Virus record (IMG/VR): IMGVR_UViG_3300043220_000028
Span: 1-31,920 of that record
Origin: a virus
Lineage: Duplodnaviria; Caudoviricetes
Reading direction: 5' to 3' (one strand)
Length of the DNA stretch: 31,920 nt
Positions 14,934-23,654 of the stretch are shown here, in pieces. A program made the position numbers and the translations under genes. The first letter of the stretch is position 1. Each line of letters begins with the position of its first letter. The notes beneath the pieces were generated by a model, which did not search any database, was not told the origin of the DNA, and saw only the letters and a list, made by a program, of their open reading frames with translations.

Positions 14934-15085
14934 CGGCTATAGTTAATGTCTTTGGCGGCGTGGTCACAGGCGGGGCACCAGTATAGGCGGCCTACCATCT
15001 GGCCCTTCGTGCCTTCGACTGGCTTGCTTGCGAGTGGGGTTCCGTGAACGCTGCACTTCTTGGTTAGCTCACGTATGGTTATCAT
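14930..15085 (-). CDS. Small Zn-ribbon protein (CxxH...YWCxxC)
   Basis: CSVH...LYWCPACD; AGGAG RBS; ATGA overlap. Confidence 0.7.
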   Translation of the reverse strand: MITIRELTKKCSVHGTPLASKPVEGTKGQMVGRLYWCPACDHAAKDINYSR

Positions 15086-15336
15086 CGTTTCTTTAGCTCC
15101 TTTACTACCTTGTGAAAGCTGGGGCTTGCGCCCCTGCACACTATGACGGTATCCTGCTTGCCCTTCTCATCGCACTCGCGGCACCAGTAGAGCGTGAACT
15201 CCAGGCCCATGAACGTGATGACCTTGCTCTTGAAGGGCAAGTTGTGGATGAGACAGCCTGCCTCTAGCTCTGCGACTGGCGTGTTGAGGTCGAGCTTGTC
15301 TCCGTCTTTACACTTGGTTCCCCTGATGTAACGCAT
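15082..15336 (-). CDS. Small Zn-ribbon protein (CxxH...YWCxxC), paralog of its neighbour
   Basis: CLIH...LYWCRECD; AAGGAG RBS. Confidence 0.7.
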   Translation of the reverse strand: MRYIRGTKCKDGDKLDLNTPVAELEAGCLIHNLPFKSKVITFMGLEFTLYWCRECDEKGKQDTVIVCRGASPSFHKVVKELKKR

Positions 15337-15664
15337 GGTTGTGTCTCCTTCCTCTGCTGCATACCCTCTCGGTAGCCCATATCCACAGCTTCAGTGTCTC
15401 CCATCCCAGCTTGTCTATGTTCCAGCACTTGACACACCACTGTCCACCAATGGCCCGTGTTATATGTCTGGTGAATCCATGACACGAGGCACAGTGTTGG
15501 TACTCTCTCATCGGGGCGTCTCTCCCACTGTGAGTGGCATAAGTCAAGCTGCTTATAGCCTGAATTATTTGGGTGGACTCAAGAGGCGAGTGTCTCTTGT
15601 CAGTTAGGAGATAGTTCAGCCCGTCAATGACGGACTCAACGCCCTCTATCTGTGGTTTAGTCAT
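15308..15664 (-). CDS. Zn-ribbon-containing hypothetical protein
   Basis: CASC...WCVKC. Confidence 0.6.
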   Translation of the reverse strand: MTKPQIEGVESVIDGLNYLLTDKRHSPLESTQIIQAISSLTYATHSGRDAPMREYQHCASCHGFTRHITRAIGGQWCVKCWNIDKLGWETLKLWIWATERVCSRGRRHNHALHQGNQV

Positions 15665-15854
15665 GCTTGTCTCTCCTCTTGATAGTGCCGCTGCCGTACA
15701 GCTTACCTAAGCGACACCTATCATCCCATGATAGCAGCCCTTCGATGTAGTCTCGCCAGATGCGAGTGTGGGTCTGCTCCTGGACTGAGCCACCAACGGG
15801 ACGGCGCTTGCGGTACTTACGTCTGGTCTGTGGGTAGCTTGGTTGGCCGATCAT
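15657..15854 (-). CDS. Hypothetical basic protein
   Basis: ORF track; packed in the operon. Confidence 0.55.
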   Translation of the reverse strand: MIGQPSYPQTRRKYRKRRPVGGSVQEQTHTRIWRDYIEGLLSWDDRCRLGKLYGSGTIKRRDKHD

Positions 15855-15856
15855 AG

Positions 15857-15970
15857 CTAGTCACCATAGGCCATGACGAAGGCTATCATCCACACCCATC
15901 CCAGGATAGCGACGGTAACTCCAACGTACACCACTAGATAGCGCAGCAGCGAGCGTACACCACCACTCAT
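15857..15970 (-). CDS. Small membrane peptide (37 aa)
   Basis: Manual translation MSGGVRSLLRYLVVYVGVTVAILGWVWMIAFVMAYGD*; ATGA overlap. Confidence 0.5.
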   Translation of the reverse strand: MSGGVRSLLRYLVVYVGVTVAILGWVWMIAFVMAYGD

Positions 15971-16185
15971 GGCCCGAACGGATGGTCTATCCCATCACCC
16001 TTGCTCCGGTCAGTTGGCTTGAGCTTGTCAAGCGGGTCGAGAGCCTTAGCCATATCGAGTAAGTCCATCGCCTCTTTCATCAACTTGAGGACGCGGATGC
16101 GCTCGGTTGTGAGTCTGATGTGGGCTGCCCAATAGCCAAGCACCCATGCTACTCCTAGCACAACTACTAATCCTATTCCTTCCAT
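15967..16185 (-). CDS. Single-TM hypothetical protein
   Basis: N-terminal hydrophobic helix; AAGGAG RBS. Confidence 0.65.
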   Translation of the reverse strand: MEGIGLVVVLGVAWVLGYWAAHIRLTTERIRVLKLMKEAMDLLDMAKALDPLDKLKPTDRSKGDGIDHPFGP

Positions 16186-16188
16186 TGT

Positions 16189-16416
16189 CTAACTCCTTGG
16201 CGGCCATGCTATGCCGCATTGACGTAGAAACTCTTGGTCATTCTTGTAGTGCACATGGAAAGCTAGGTCTAGATAGATTTCCTCCGCTGTCATGCTACGG
16301 TAGCGGTCGAGGTTGTCATGGGCATACTTTGTCAAGTCATCGTCGCTAAGCATGTCTGTCTCCTCTCTTGGTATAGTCCTGCTGTCCCGCTCTAGGCGGG
16401 AGATAGTGAGGGCCAT
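16189..16416 (-). CDS. Hypothetical protein, first gene of the left arm
   Basis: Ends QEFLRQCGIAW-PPRS, reminiscent of the family tail. Confidence 0.6.
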   Translation of the reverse strand: MALTISRLERDSRTIPREETDMLSDDDLTKYAHDNLDRYRSMTAEEIYLDLAFHVHYKNDQEFLRQCGIAWPPRS

Positions 16417-16419
16417 CGG

Positions 16420-17275
16420 TGACTAGCTAAGAGCTAGTGCTTTCAGCGGCGGATACCACTGACCGCAGCCCTCTAAATTCATGTGACTGGAGTGACCTTA
16501 TCGGTTCTCTCTGGCAGCCACCGCTGTCTATTGACTGTCTATAGAGAGCCCCATCTACGAGTGTAGGCGTTGCTGTTGGACGCCTCGTTTTCAGTTTGCT
16601 CCCAAGCCTCGACCGTTTAGCAACGTGTTGCTTAGGTCGTACGCTTAGCGACTTGCCTGACCCTTTGCAGCAGGCAAACTCACTTTTAGATGAGGCTGTC
16701 TATAGACAGCCTATTGACAGCCACGGAACCCACAGTATGCACTAGCCTTGACTCATGGGGCGCTCGGCATCTCTAAGAGAATCTCTTTACCAGCGCCTAG
16801 CCTATCCCTGCTCTTGCCTTAGTCAGTTCGCCTCACTTGCGGAGTGCTCTACTAAGGCGTGCTTGCTACCTGTTAGGTAGCTTGCGGGATGCTATACTCG
16901 GCTAGCCCGTCTTGTGGTGTGCTGAGCTAGACATAGCTGATTAAGTGGCGCTCAGGTTTGGGCCTACCCGTAGCATGCGTTGCACAGCCTTGAAGTTGTT
17001 GGCTACTCTCGGAGTGAGGGTGCAACAGTCTAACTTGAGGATGTTCAGTAGGTCGTCCGGTCAGTCTGTCCACGGCTACCACACTAGCTTAGCTTGTTGG
17101 AGTAGGGTGGGTAGGCTGCCTGCTGGAGTACGGCTACCGTGCCGGTGTCTGTGATAGTGAGGCTAGGTCACTAGCATAGCTTACTTGAGTAGCTTTCACC
17201 TCGCTTGCTACCCTTAGCCTATCAGATGTTTCCGGTTATGGCCCTATCTCTCTCGCCGCGTTTTCTCTCGCGGCT
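16420..17275 (-). ncRNA. Candidate large structured non-coding RNA or long 5' leader
   Basis: ~850 nt with no convincing CDS and dense hairpins; 41-bp imperfect inverted repeat 16523-16563/16681-16721; promoter at 17282-17309 points into it. Confidence 0.5.
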
Positions 17276-17281
17276 TTTCCG

Positions 17282-17309
17282 ACTTTACCAGAAAAAAATC
17301 GTTTGTCAA
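17282..17309 (-). promoter_or_regulatory. Leftward sigma70-type promoter
   Basis: TTGACA-16 nt-TAAAGT with TGn. Confidence 0.6.
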
Positions 17310-17483
17310 GTGTTTTCTTCGGCCATCAACGTGCTCGGCAAGCATTTCAGTGGCCGTTTGTGATTTGGTATGGCAAATGCTTGGGCAAGCAATTCGATGG
17401 CCGTTGACTGACCGGAGCAATAGATGCACGCCTAGCACGTTGAGGGCCATAGTGGGTGAGCTAAATGACTCATACGATTATGC

Positions 17484-17511
17484 TTGACTCACTAGAATCT
17501 TATGGTAAGCT
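17484..17511 (+). promoter_or_regulatory. Rightward sigma70-type promoter
   Basis: TTGACT-16 nt-TAAGCT with TGn, upstream of 17549. Confidence 0.55.
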
Positions 17512-17548
17512 ACGCTTGTTGTAAATCTACTCGACGGAAGGTGACACA

Positions 17549-17800
17549 GTGACTAACGCAGAACAGAAGATGCAAAGGTTGGAACGGGAGAACGAGAAGT
17601 TGCGGGAGAAACTGGCCGCCAAGAGTAACATTCGATTCAAGGTGGCGGCTAAAGGTGGCGTCTCAGTGTACGGCTTGAATAGCCGTTTCCCTGTGACGCT
17701 GTACGCGCAACAGTGGACGCGCTTGCTTGCTGCGAGCAAGTCCATCGAAGAGTTTATCGAAGTCAACCGTGATAAGTTGGCTTGGAAAGACTCCGAGTAG
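17549..17800 (+). CDS. Conserved small protein, possibly a PC4-like nucleic-acid binder
   Basis: Coiled coil, then KVAAKGGVSVYGL-SRFPVTLYAQQWTRLL; I recall this pattern from a conserved bacterial hypothetical family. Confidence 0.7.
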   Translation: MTNAEQKMQRLERENEKLREKLAAKSNIRFKVAAKGGVSVYGLNSRFPVTLYAQQWTRLLAASKSIEEFIEVNRDKLAWKDSE

Positions 17801-17855
17801 CCCAGCATCCGGCGCATCTATACGGTGCGTCGGCTGAAGTGCTAGGAGAGTGATA

Positions 17856-18020
17856 ATGGCCTATGAAATGAAATTGCGGTTGATGTGTTGGACTCACCAG
17901 ATGCAAGCGGTTGTGCGGCGTGCGGTCAAGGGAAAGCACGCGGGGGAGTATAAGCTGGCGTGCGGATGCTGGCGCGGTGCGACGATGCCGGACTCACGGT
18001 TGACTGAGCTACCTACCTAG
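17856..18020 (+). CDS. Small Cys/His protein (54 aa)
   Basis: Manual translation MAYEMKLRLMCWTHQM...YKLACGCWRG...; AGGAG RBS; terminator follows. Confidence 0.6.
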   Translation: MAYEMKLRLMCWTHQMQAVVRRAVKGKHAGEYKLACGCWRGATMPDSRLTELPT

Positions 18021-18025
18021 TCTAT

Positions 18026-18057
18026 AGCCCGGTGCTAGTACAGACCGGGCTTTTTCT
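18026..18057 (+). terminator. Rho-independent terminator
   Basis: agcccggt-loop-accgggct followed by a T-tract. Confidence 0.8.
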
Positions 18058-18107
18058 TGTCTGTTCCTTATATGTAGGCAGCCTACCTATAGCCAGCCTG
18101 TCTCCTT

Positions 18108-18298
18108 ATTTAGAATTATTCTAAAACTAATTCCATTGTACGCAATTTAGAATTATACTTAGACTAATTCCAAATAAGCAGTTGCAACTCAGTTGCATGT
18201 TTACAAGTGCGTTACATTTAAGTTTCATAGAATCAATAACATAGGGGTGTACCGCACATTGCGTTACATCGGGAAGGGGGGTAGGGGGGTTGATGTAA
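18108..18298. repeat. AT-rich 37-bp-period repeats, palindrome and G-tract; candidate ori or packaging region
   Basis: atttagaattat...actaattcca twice (18108, 18145); tgcaact-c-agttgca 18183-18197; G-tract 18271-18289 inside a ttacatc/gatgtaa inverted repeat. Confidence 0.5.
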
Positions 18299-18351
18299 AA
18301 GGGCCCTTTGCAGGGAGTCTCCAGTGAGTCTCCTGCTGGTCTCCTAGCCCC

Positions 18352-18381
18352 TTGACAGCCCCTGCCCCGGTATGCTATACT
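18352..18381 (+). promoter_or_regulatory. Sigma70-type promoter for the structural arm
   Basis: TTGACA-18 nt-TATACT with TGn. Confidence 0.75.
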
Positions 18382-18570
18382 ACTTCTAGGCGCTGTTTGC
18401 CGTCTCCACTGGCAGGGTGCGAGTTTTGGGCTGTTGCTCCCGCCTACTGCGCCGCGCTGGGTACGACACCACCCGTGAGTGGTTCCTCTCTGCGTCCAGC
18501 TATATGCGTAAGCCGACAGCCGTTGGTGAAATAGCGTAGTCAAGCAGCAGCCCATGTTTTCTGAAAGGAG

Positions 18571-18768
18571 ATGAATAGAATGATTGTCCACAAGAACTGT
18601 AATGGTCTCGTTGCGTCCATTCGCTACTGCGAGCAGCCTTTAGACTTGAAGAATCTCAGCCCCCTAGTCTGTCTCACCTGTAGAGTCATCGTCAAGGACA
18701 CTGACATAGAAGGAACCGAATTAGTGACAAGACCAGATTTCATAGCACCTTTGTTTCACAAGGAGTAA
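18571..18768 (+). CDS. Small Zn-binding protein
   Basis: HxxC...CxxC. Confidence 0.55.
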   Translation: MNRMIVHKNCNGLVASIRYCEQPLDLKNLSPLVCLTCRVIVKDTDIEGTELVTRPDFIAPLFHKE

Positions 18769-18771
18769 TAC

Positions 18772-19050
18772 ATGACTGACATAACTGTCAACCCTATGGT
18801 CATCACTGGCACCCAAGCCTCCGTGACCTCCCTTGCCCGCCCCATCTGGGTCAAGAAGGTCTACTGGTTCAACCCCGTCACTTCCGGCGACGACTTCAAA
18901 ATCACTGACGGTGACGATGCCAATGTCCTTCTAGAGGGGCAGTCCGAAGCGAACAACCAATCACAGAACTTCGACTTCGACCCACCCGCTCTCTGGAAGA
19001 ACTTTAAGACTACCGTGCTAGGAAGCGGCACTCTCTACATCTACCACTAA
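18772..19050 (+). CDS. Putative virion beta-protein
   Basis: AAGGAG RBS; beta-rich, ends GSGTLYIYH. Confidence 0.65.
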   Translation: MTDITVNPMVITGTQASVTSLARPIWVKKVYWFNPVTSGDDFKITDGDDANVLLEGQSEANNQSQNFDFDPPALWKNFKTTVLGSGTLYIYH

Positions 19051-19059
19051 GGAGAACTA

Positions 19060-19554
19060 ATGGCTTCTGGCGATACCCTTCTAATCTTCCGTCCACAGGA
19101 CAACGAACCTGTCGCGTCAGATTTTGCTACGCTAGACACTCGCAATCTGCATCCAGTCTTAGACTTCGATGCCACGACAAACGAGAGTGCTGTGTTCAGC
19201 GCCGTCATGCCCCGCTCCTACGCAGCCACCACCGGCTTGACAGTCTTTCTCCACTACGCCCTAACCTCAGCCACGTCGGGCACCATTGATTGGGATGTGG
19301 CCTTCGAGCGGATTGGCGACCAGCAGCTAGATATAGACGGGGATAGTTTTGCGGCTGTCAATAGCGTGGACAACACTACTGTTCCAGGTACTACTGGACT
19401 TGTAGATATTGTTAGCATCACTTTCACTGATGGAGCTGACATGGATTCAGTAGCCGTAGGTGAGGGCTTCCGCATGAAGGTCACGCGAGACGCTGCTAAC
19501 GATGATGCAACCGGCGATGGTGAACTTCGCTTCATTGAAATAAAGGAAACCTAG
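19060..19554 (+). CDS. Putative virion/tail-associated protein
   Basis: TAAGGAG RBS; acidic, Thr/Asp-rich beta-sandwich composition. Confidence 0.7.
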   Translation: MASGDTLLIFRPQDNEPVASDFATLDTRNLHPVLDFDATTNESAVFSAVMPRSYAATTGLTVFLHYALTSATSGTIDWDVAFERIGDQQLDIDGDSFAAVNSVDNTTVPGTTGLVDIVSITFTDGADMDSVAVGEGFRMKVTRDAANDDATGDGELRFIEIKET

Positions 19555-20297
19555 TGGCAAGAGATTTTGATGGTACTACAGGAGACTTTCTAAGGAATGA
19601 AACTGCTCCCTCTGCCGACATGCCTTTCACAATCTGCGGCTGGTTCAATGCAGATAATATTTCTGTCGAAAGCACTATAGCTGGCTGCACCGACTCTGCT
19701 TCTAGTGGCGATTACGCAGTATTAGAGTTCTTGGCAACCGGTGCTATTCGTGCCTTGGTCGTTAATCCGGGGGTAGGTTCAGCGGCTGCCTCTACCACTG
19801 CCAATGTCAGCGCAGGCGACCATCATGGCTGTGCCGTCTTTGCAACCAGCACTGACCGTCGGGTGTATCTGGACGGTGGTAACAAGGGAACCAGCACTGG
19901 CAGCGTAGCAACAACCGGAATTAACCGTTTCTTCATCGGCTTGCAGGATGTAGTTGGTGGTGCAGGACAGCGCTTTGGTCTTGATGGACGCATCTGGGAG
20001 GCGGCTGTTTGGACGGCAAGCCTAACTGATGCTGAAGTTGCAATTCTGGCTTTGGGATATTCTCCCCGGTTTGTTCGTCCAGCAAGTCTAGTAAGATATT
20101 GGCCTATCATTGGACGCACAAGCCCGGAAATAGACCTAATGAGCGGAAGTGATATGACGGTTACAGGAACAGCAGTAGCTGCTCATTCAGCCATGATTTA
20201 TCCCACCCAAGTAATCACAGGATTCGATACTGCGGCAGTCCCACCTGCTGGGATTTCTATTCCAGTTGTTTATCATCACAGACAAAGGAATTTCTAA
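19554..20297 (+). CDS. LamG/concanavalin A-like domain protein
   Basis: PFTICGWFN, HHGCAVF, RVYLDG, DGRIWEAAVWTASLTDAEV. Confidence 0.85.
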   Translation: MARDFDGTTGDFLRNETAPSADMPFTICGWFNADNISVESTIAGCTDSASSGDYAVLEFLATGAIRALVVNPGVGSAAASTTANVSAGDHHGCAVFATSTDRRVYLDGGNKGTSTGSVATTGINRFFIGLQDVVGGAGQRFGLDGRIWEAAVWTASLTDAEVAILALGYSPRFVRPASLVRYWPIIGRTSPEIDLMSGSDMTVTGTAVAAHSAMIYPTQVITGFDTAAVPPAGISIPVVYHHRQRNF

Positions 20298-21926
20298 ATG
20301 GGTTTCGGCGGACTATTAAGACAGTCAACGGCAGTTGATGTATTGATTGGGCCCTTCGTAGATTCTACTGACGGCGACACGGAAGAAGCCGCTCTAACTA
20401 TCAACCGGGCTGACGTGTTGCTTTCAAAGAATGGACAAGGAGCCGTGCAGAAGACTGATGTCACTGCTGCTGCCTCTGATGCTGATGGATTCTACAACTG
20501 TGAACTGGACGCAACCGACACAGATACAGTAGGCCAGCTTGTATTATACGTTCATGTGGCCGGGGCCTTAGCTGTCCGCCATGATTTCCAGATAGTAGAA
20601 GAGGAACCCTACGACGACATCTTCGCTGCTTCAGCCGTGGGCTACCTCAAGCCTACCACAGCAGGCCGTGACCTCGACGTGACAGCGGCGGGAGAGGCAG
20701 GAATCGACCTTGACAATACCTCAGGTACTATCGCTGCCGCACAAATCGCCACCGACGCCATCACCGCCGCGAAGATTGCTGCCGATGCGGGTGTGGAAAT
20801 CGCTCAAGCCGTTTGGGATAGAGTCCTTACTGGAGCTACCCATAACATCGCTAGCTCTGCTGGCCGTAGACTCCGGGGTATTCAAGAATTCCAAGGCTAC
20901 GCAAACGGCGCGATTTGGATTGACACCGTTGACGGCACAGCGGGCACTACAGACTTTGAAAATGGTACGGTTGAAAATCCCGTAGACAGTATTGCCGATG
21001 CAAATACACTAGCCGCCTCACTCAATATCGAACGGTTCGAGCTCGCTCCTGGTAGTTCTATCACGCTTGGAGCTGCACAGAACAACCAGTCATTCAACGG
21101 ACGGAATTGGACTCTTGTACTAAACGGTAAAGACATCGCAGGGAGTGTCTTCATAGGTGCGAGCGTCTCTGGCGTAGCCTCCGGCACTGGTACTATCCAA
21201 ATCTTCGATAAGTGTATCCTGAACGCCGTGTCACATATCAAAGACACCCATCTTATGGAGTGTGGCATCGCAGGGACACAAACAATCGCTGAAGCGGGAG
21301 ACTACTTCACAGACCGCTGTCACTCGGCGATTGCTGGAACTGCTACGCCCGCGTGGGACTTTGGCGGCGCGTTAAACTCCTCGAATCTCGGTTTCCGAAA
21401 CTATAGTGGTGGGATTGAGATTCAGAACATGGGCGCTGGGACAGGCTCCTACACCATGTCTCTTGAAGGCCGTGGGCAGCTCGTCATCAACGCGAACTGC
21501 TCCGCAACCTCCACCGTAACGATTCGTGGGCTCTTCACTGTCACCGACAACGCAAGTGGGGCAGTCACTCTAAGCGATGTCGCTCGCTTCGCGGAAGACC
21601 AGAATGTCACAGACGTTACAGGCAACGTAGACGGCTCCGTCGCCACCATTGGTACTGGTGGTGTGATTGATGGCGCTATTGCTGCTGCCGAACTCCTCAA
21701 CATCGCCGACGCTTGTCTAGACCGTCGCCTCGACCTCGGCACAGATACAGGCGGCGATACCACAACCAGCCGCACATGGCGCGACGCTCTACGTGTCCTT
21801 CGCAACCGGGCCGATATTTCAGGTGGCACCTTGACAGTCTACGAAGAGGACGACACCACCGCCGCCTTTACCGCCGCCATCTCAACAGCGGCAGGCGACC
21901 CAATCGCACAGGTGAACCCGACCTAA
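20298..21926 (+). CDS. Putative tail fibre/virion structural protein
   Basis: 542 aa, Ala/Gly/Thr/Asp-rich; AITAAKIA repeats; probable beta-helix middle. Confidence 0.65.
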   Translation: MGFGGLLRQSTAVDVLIGPFVDSTDGDTEEAALTINRADVLLSKNGQGAVQKTDVTAAASDADGFYNCELDATDTDTVGQLVLYVHVAGALAVRHDFQIVEEEPYDDIFAASAVGYLKPTTAGRDLDVTAAGEAGIDLDNTSGTIAAAQIATDAITAAKIAADAGVEIAQAVWDRVLTGATHNIASSAGRRLRGIQEFQGYANGAIWIDTVDGTAGTTDFENGTVENPVDSIADANTLAASLNIERFELAPGSSITLGAAQNNQSFNGRNWTLVLNGKDIAGSVFIGASVSGVASGTGTIQIFDKCILNAVSHIKDTHLMECGIAGTQTIAEAGDYFTDRCHSAIAGTATPAWDFGGALNSSNLGFRNYSGGIEIQNMGAGTGSYTMSLEGRGQLVINANCSATSTVTIRGLFTVTDNASGAVTLSDVARFAEDQNVTDVTGNVDGSVATIGTGGVIDGAIAAAELLNIADACLDRRLDLGTDTGGDTTTSRTWRDALRVLRNRADISGGTLTVYEEDDTTAAFTAAISTAAGDPIAQVNPT

Positions 21927-22174
21927 TGAAAGCACGACTTATCCAGTTTCTGTTATTCTTGCTGGCCAAACTCGGCTATAAGCCCTTTGCCTATGGCCTG
22001 TCTGACCGCCTATTAGCAGCGGCACACCAAGCAACTGCTGAGGCAGAACGGAAAGGCGGGGCAAAGTCAGGCGAGGCCAAGCGTGCCCAGGCCCTGCGAA
22101 TGCTGCTGAATCTTGTCCCCGATGCGAGTCAACGTCAGATAGGGTTGGCCATTGAACTATGCCTGCCCCGATAG
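21926..22174 (+). CDS. Small membrane-associated protein, LL-H-holin-like
   Basis: Start at a TAATG overlap (MKARLIQFLLFLL); AEAERKGGAKSGEAKRAQAL motif. Confidence 0.5.
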   Translation: MKARLIQFLLFLLAKLGYKPFAYGLSDRLLAAAHQATAEAERKGGAKSGEAKRAQALRMLLNLVPDASQRQIGLAIELCLPR

Positions 22175-22288
22175 CTCACATTTGGAGTTGGAGCGAGGGC
22201 CCGGCTGCCGCTGCAATCACCTCCAGTTGGGTCAGCGTGCTAGTTCGTGATTCCCTGAAGACGATTCCTCTATGGCTGAGTACAGCAT

Positions 22289-22690
22289 ATGACTATTGGC
22301 GAACTTAAACTCGAACCCGAATACAAAGCCTGCACGCAGCGGGAGCAGGTCTTCCTCGATACCTACTTGACGAACGACCGCAACCCCATCGAGGCCGCCT
22401 CGGTCGCCTATGACTGTAAAGACGAGAAATCAGCCGTCAGCATTGGCCGCCGCAACCTGGCACGTGCTCCCATCGTCGCAGTCATCAGCAAGTTCGATGG
22501 TGCCAAGCCAGTGACTATCTCGGAGATATGGCTGGCCATCCGCGAGAGCATGCAGGAGACCGGCAGCGTCCGGTTCCAGGCCACCAAACTAGCCGCCCAA
22601 ATGCTAGGCGTAATAGACAAGCGAGAAGGCGGCGTAGACAAAGCAGATATAACAGCACTACAGGAGTTATCGGAGAGAGAAGATGCCTAG
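22289..22690 (+). CDS. terS: Terminase small subunit (putative)
   Basis: HTH pattern REQVFLDTYLTNDRNPIEAASVAY...SAVSIGRRNLARAPI; upstream of TerL. Confidence 0.72.
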   Translation: MTIGELKLEPEYKACTQREQVFLDTYLTNDRNPIEAASVAYDCKDEKSAVSIGRRNLARAPIVAVISKFDGAKPVTISEIWLAIRESMQETGSVRFQATKLAAQMLGVIDKREGGVDKADITALQELSEREDA

Positions 22691-22892
22691 TCATACCCCA
22701 AGTGAACGTCGTAAGCGCGCCGGAGTCCGCCGCATCCTTAGCACGCCCAAAGGCCCACGTGCCCGCCGCAAGATTGGCCGTGTGCTCGGAGAGTTCAAGC
22801 GCCGCACCCTACGCTCCAGCGCAGGCCCAAAAGTACGTAAGCGCAGCCGGGCCGTGGCCATCGCCCTTAGCGAAGCCCGCAGGAGACGCTAA
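22683..22892 (+). CDS. DUF6496-like small basic protein
   Basis: KIGRVLGEFKRRTLRSSAGPKVRKRSRAVAIALSEARR. Confidence 0.75.
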   Translation: MPSHTPSERRKRAGVRRILSTPKGPRARRKIGRVLGEFKRRTLRSSAGPKVRKRSRAVAIALSEARRRR

Positions 22893-23347
22893 TGAAGTGG
22901 AAGAAACTACTTAAAGGTGTCGGGCTAGGCGGCTTAGCTGCCGCCAAGTACACGCCCTTTGCAGGCATCGCTAGTGCCCTAGAATCCTCCTTCAAGGAAC
23001 AGGGCCTGCTCAAAGACCCCGCTGCCGAAGCGCGCATGCGGGAGTTACTGCTGGCCTTCGAGAAGGAAATGCTTGTGACGGACGCGGCTCGCATCGCCGA
23101 CGTCAACAAGACAATACAAACGGAACTTCAGTTTGGTAACTGGTTCCAACGTGGCTGGCGACCCATGCTCGGCTACACCCTGGCTGCCTATGTCATCTCA
23201 AACTTCATCATCAACCCCTGGTTTCCTGAAGTGCCCTCCATCATCCTACCTACCGAAGTCGTGATGATACTAGGCGCGGCCATCGGCATTACAGCATGGC
23301 AACGCGGTCAGGAGAAGTTGGCAAGGTTGAAGAATGGAACTCGTTAA
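22892..23347 (+). CDS. 3TM-type (GTA-like) holin
   Basis: WFQRGWRPMLGY followed by two TM helices and a basic RGQEK tail. Confidence 0.75.
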   Translation: MKWKKLLKGVGLGGLAAAKYTPFAGIASALESSFKEQGLLKDPAAEARMRELLLAFEKEMLVTDAARIADVNKTIQTELQFGNWFQRGWRPMLGYTLAAYVISNFIINPWFPEVPSIILPTEVVMILGAAIGITAWQRGQEKLARLKNGTR

Positions 23348-23654
23348 GCACATCCTTGAGCGTTCCTTCATCCATCTGGGCTGGGCTCCGTGGGCCATTG
23401 GCCTGTCTATCTATGGCTTTTGGCTTCTAGGCCGTTACAAGCCAGCCTGGAAGCTCCCAGTAGGGCCGTGGCGCTGGGTTGTGCCTGGGATAGTCGCTCT
23501 GTTTATTACCTTTTCACGGGAAGCCTATGACGTATGGCAAGGGGGCTGGGTAGGAAAGTCCTATATTGACTTATTGGTATGGGCTGGAAGCATGACACTT
23601 GCAGGTCTCGGACTGCGGTGGTTCGTGAGGCACTTTGACGAAAGAGCAGACTAG
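23334..23654 (+). CDS. Membrane protein (3 TM)
   Basis: Three hydrophobic segments. Confidence 0.65.
   Translation: MELVKHILERSFIHLGWAPWAIGLSIYGFWLLGRYKPAWKLPVGPWRWVVPGIVALFITFSREAYDVWQGGWVGKSYIDLLVWAGSMTLAGLGLRWFVRHFDERAD

Noticed and set aside
41-16349. Plus-strand ORFs in the left arm (e.g. 534-914, 4122-4577, 10624-11022, 14511-14738)
   Set aside because: They are antisense shadows of well-supported minus-strand genes, with no RBS or motifs.
16420-17275. tRNA, tmRNA, RNase P or group I intron identity for the structured region
   Set aside because: I found no T-loop/CCA cloverleaf or other recognisable signature by eye; a covariance search is needed.
22159-22308. 49-aa ORF between the holin-like gene and TerS
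   Set aside because: It fills the gap but has no clear RBS or motif, so support is too weak to list it as a feature.
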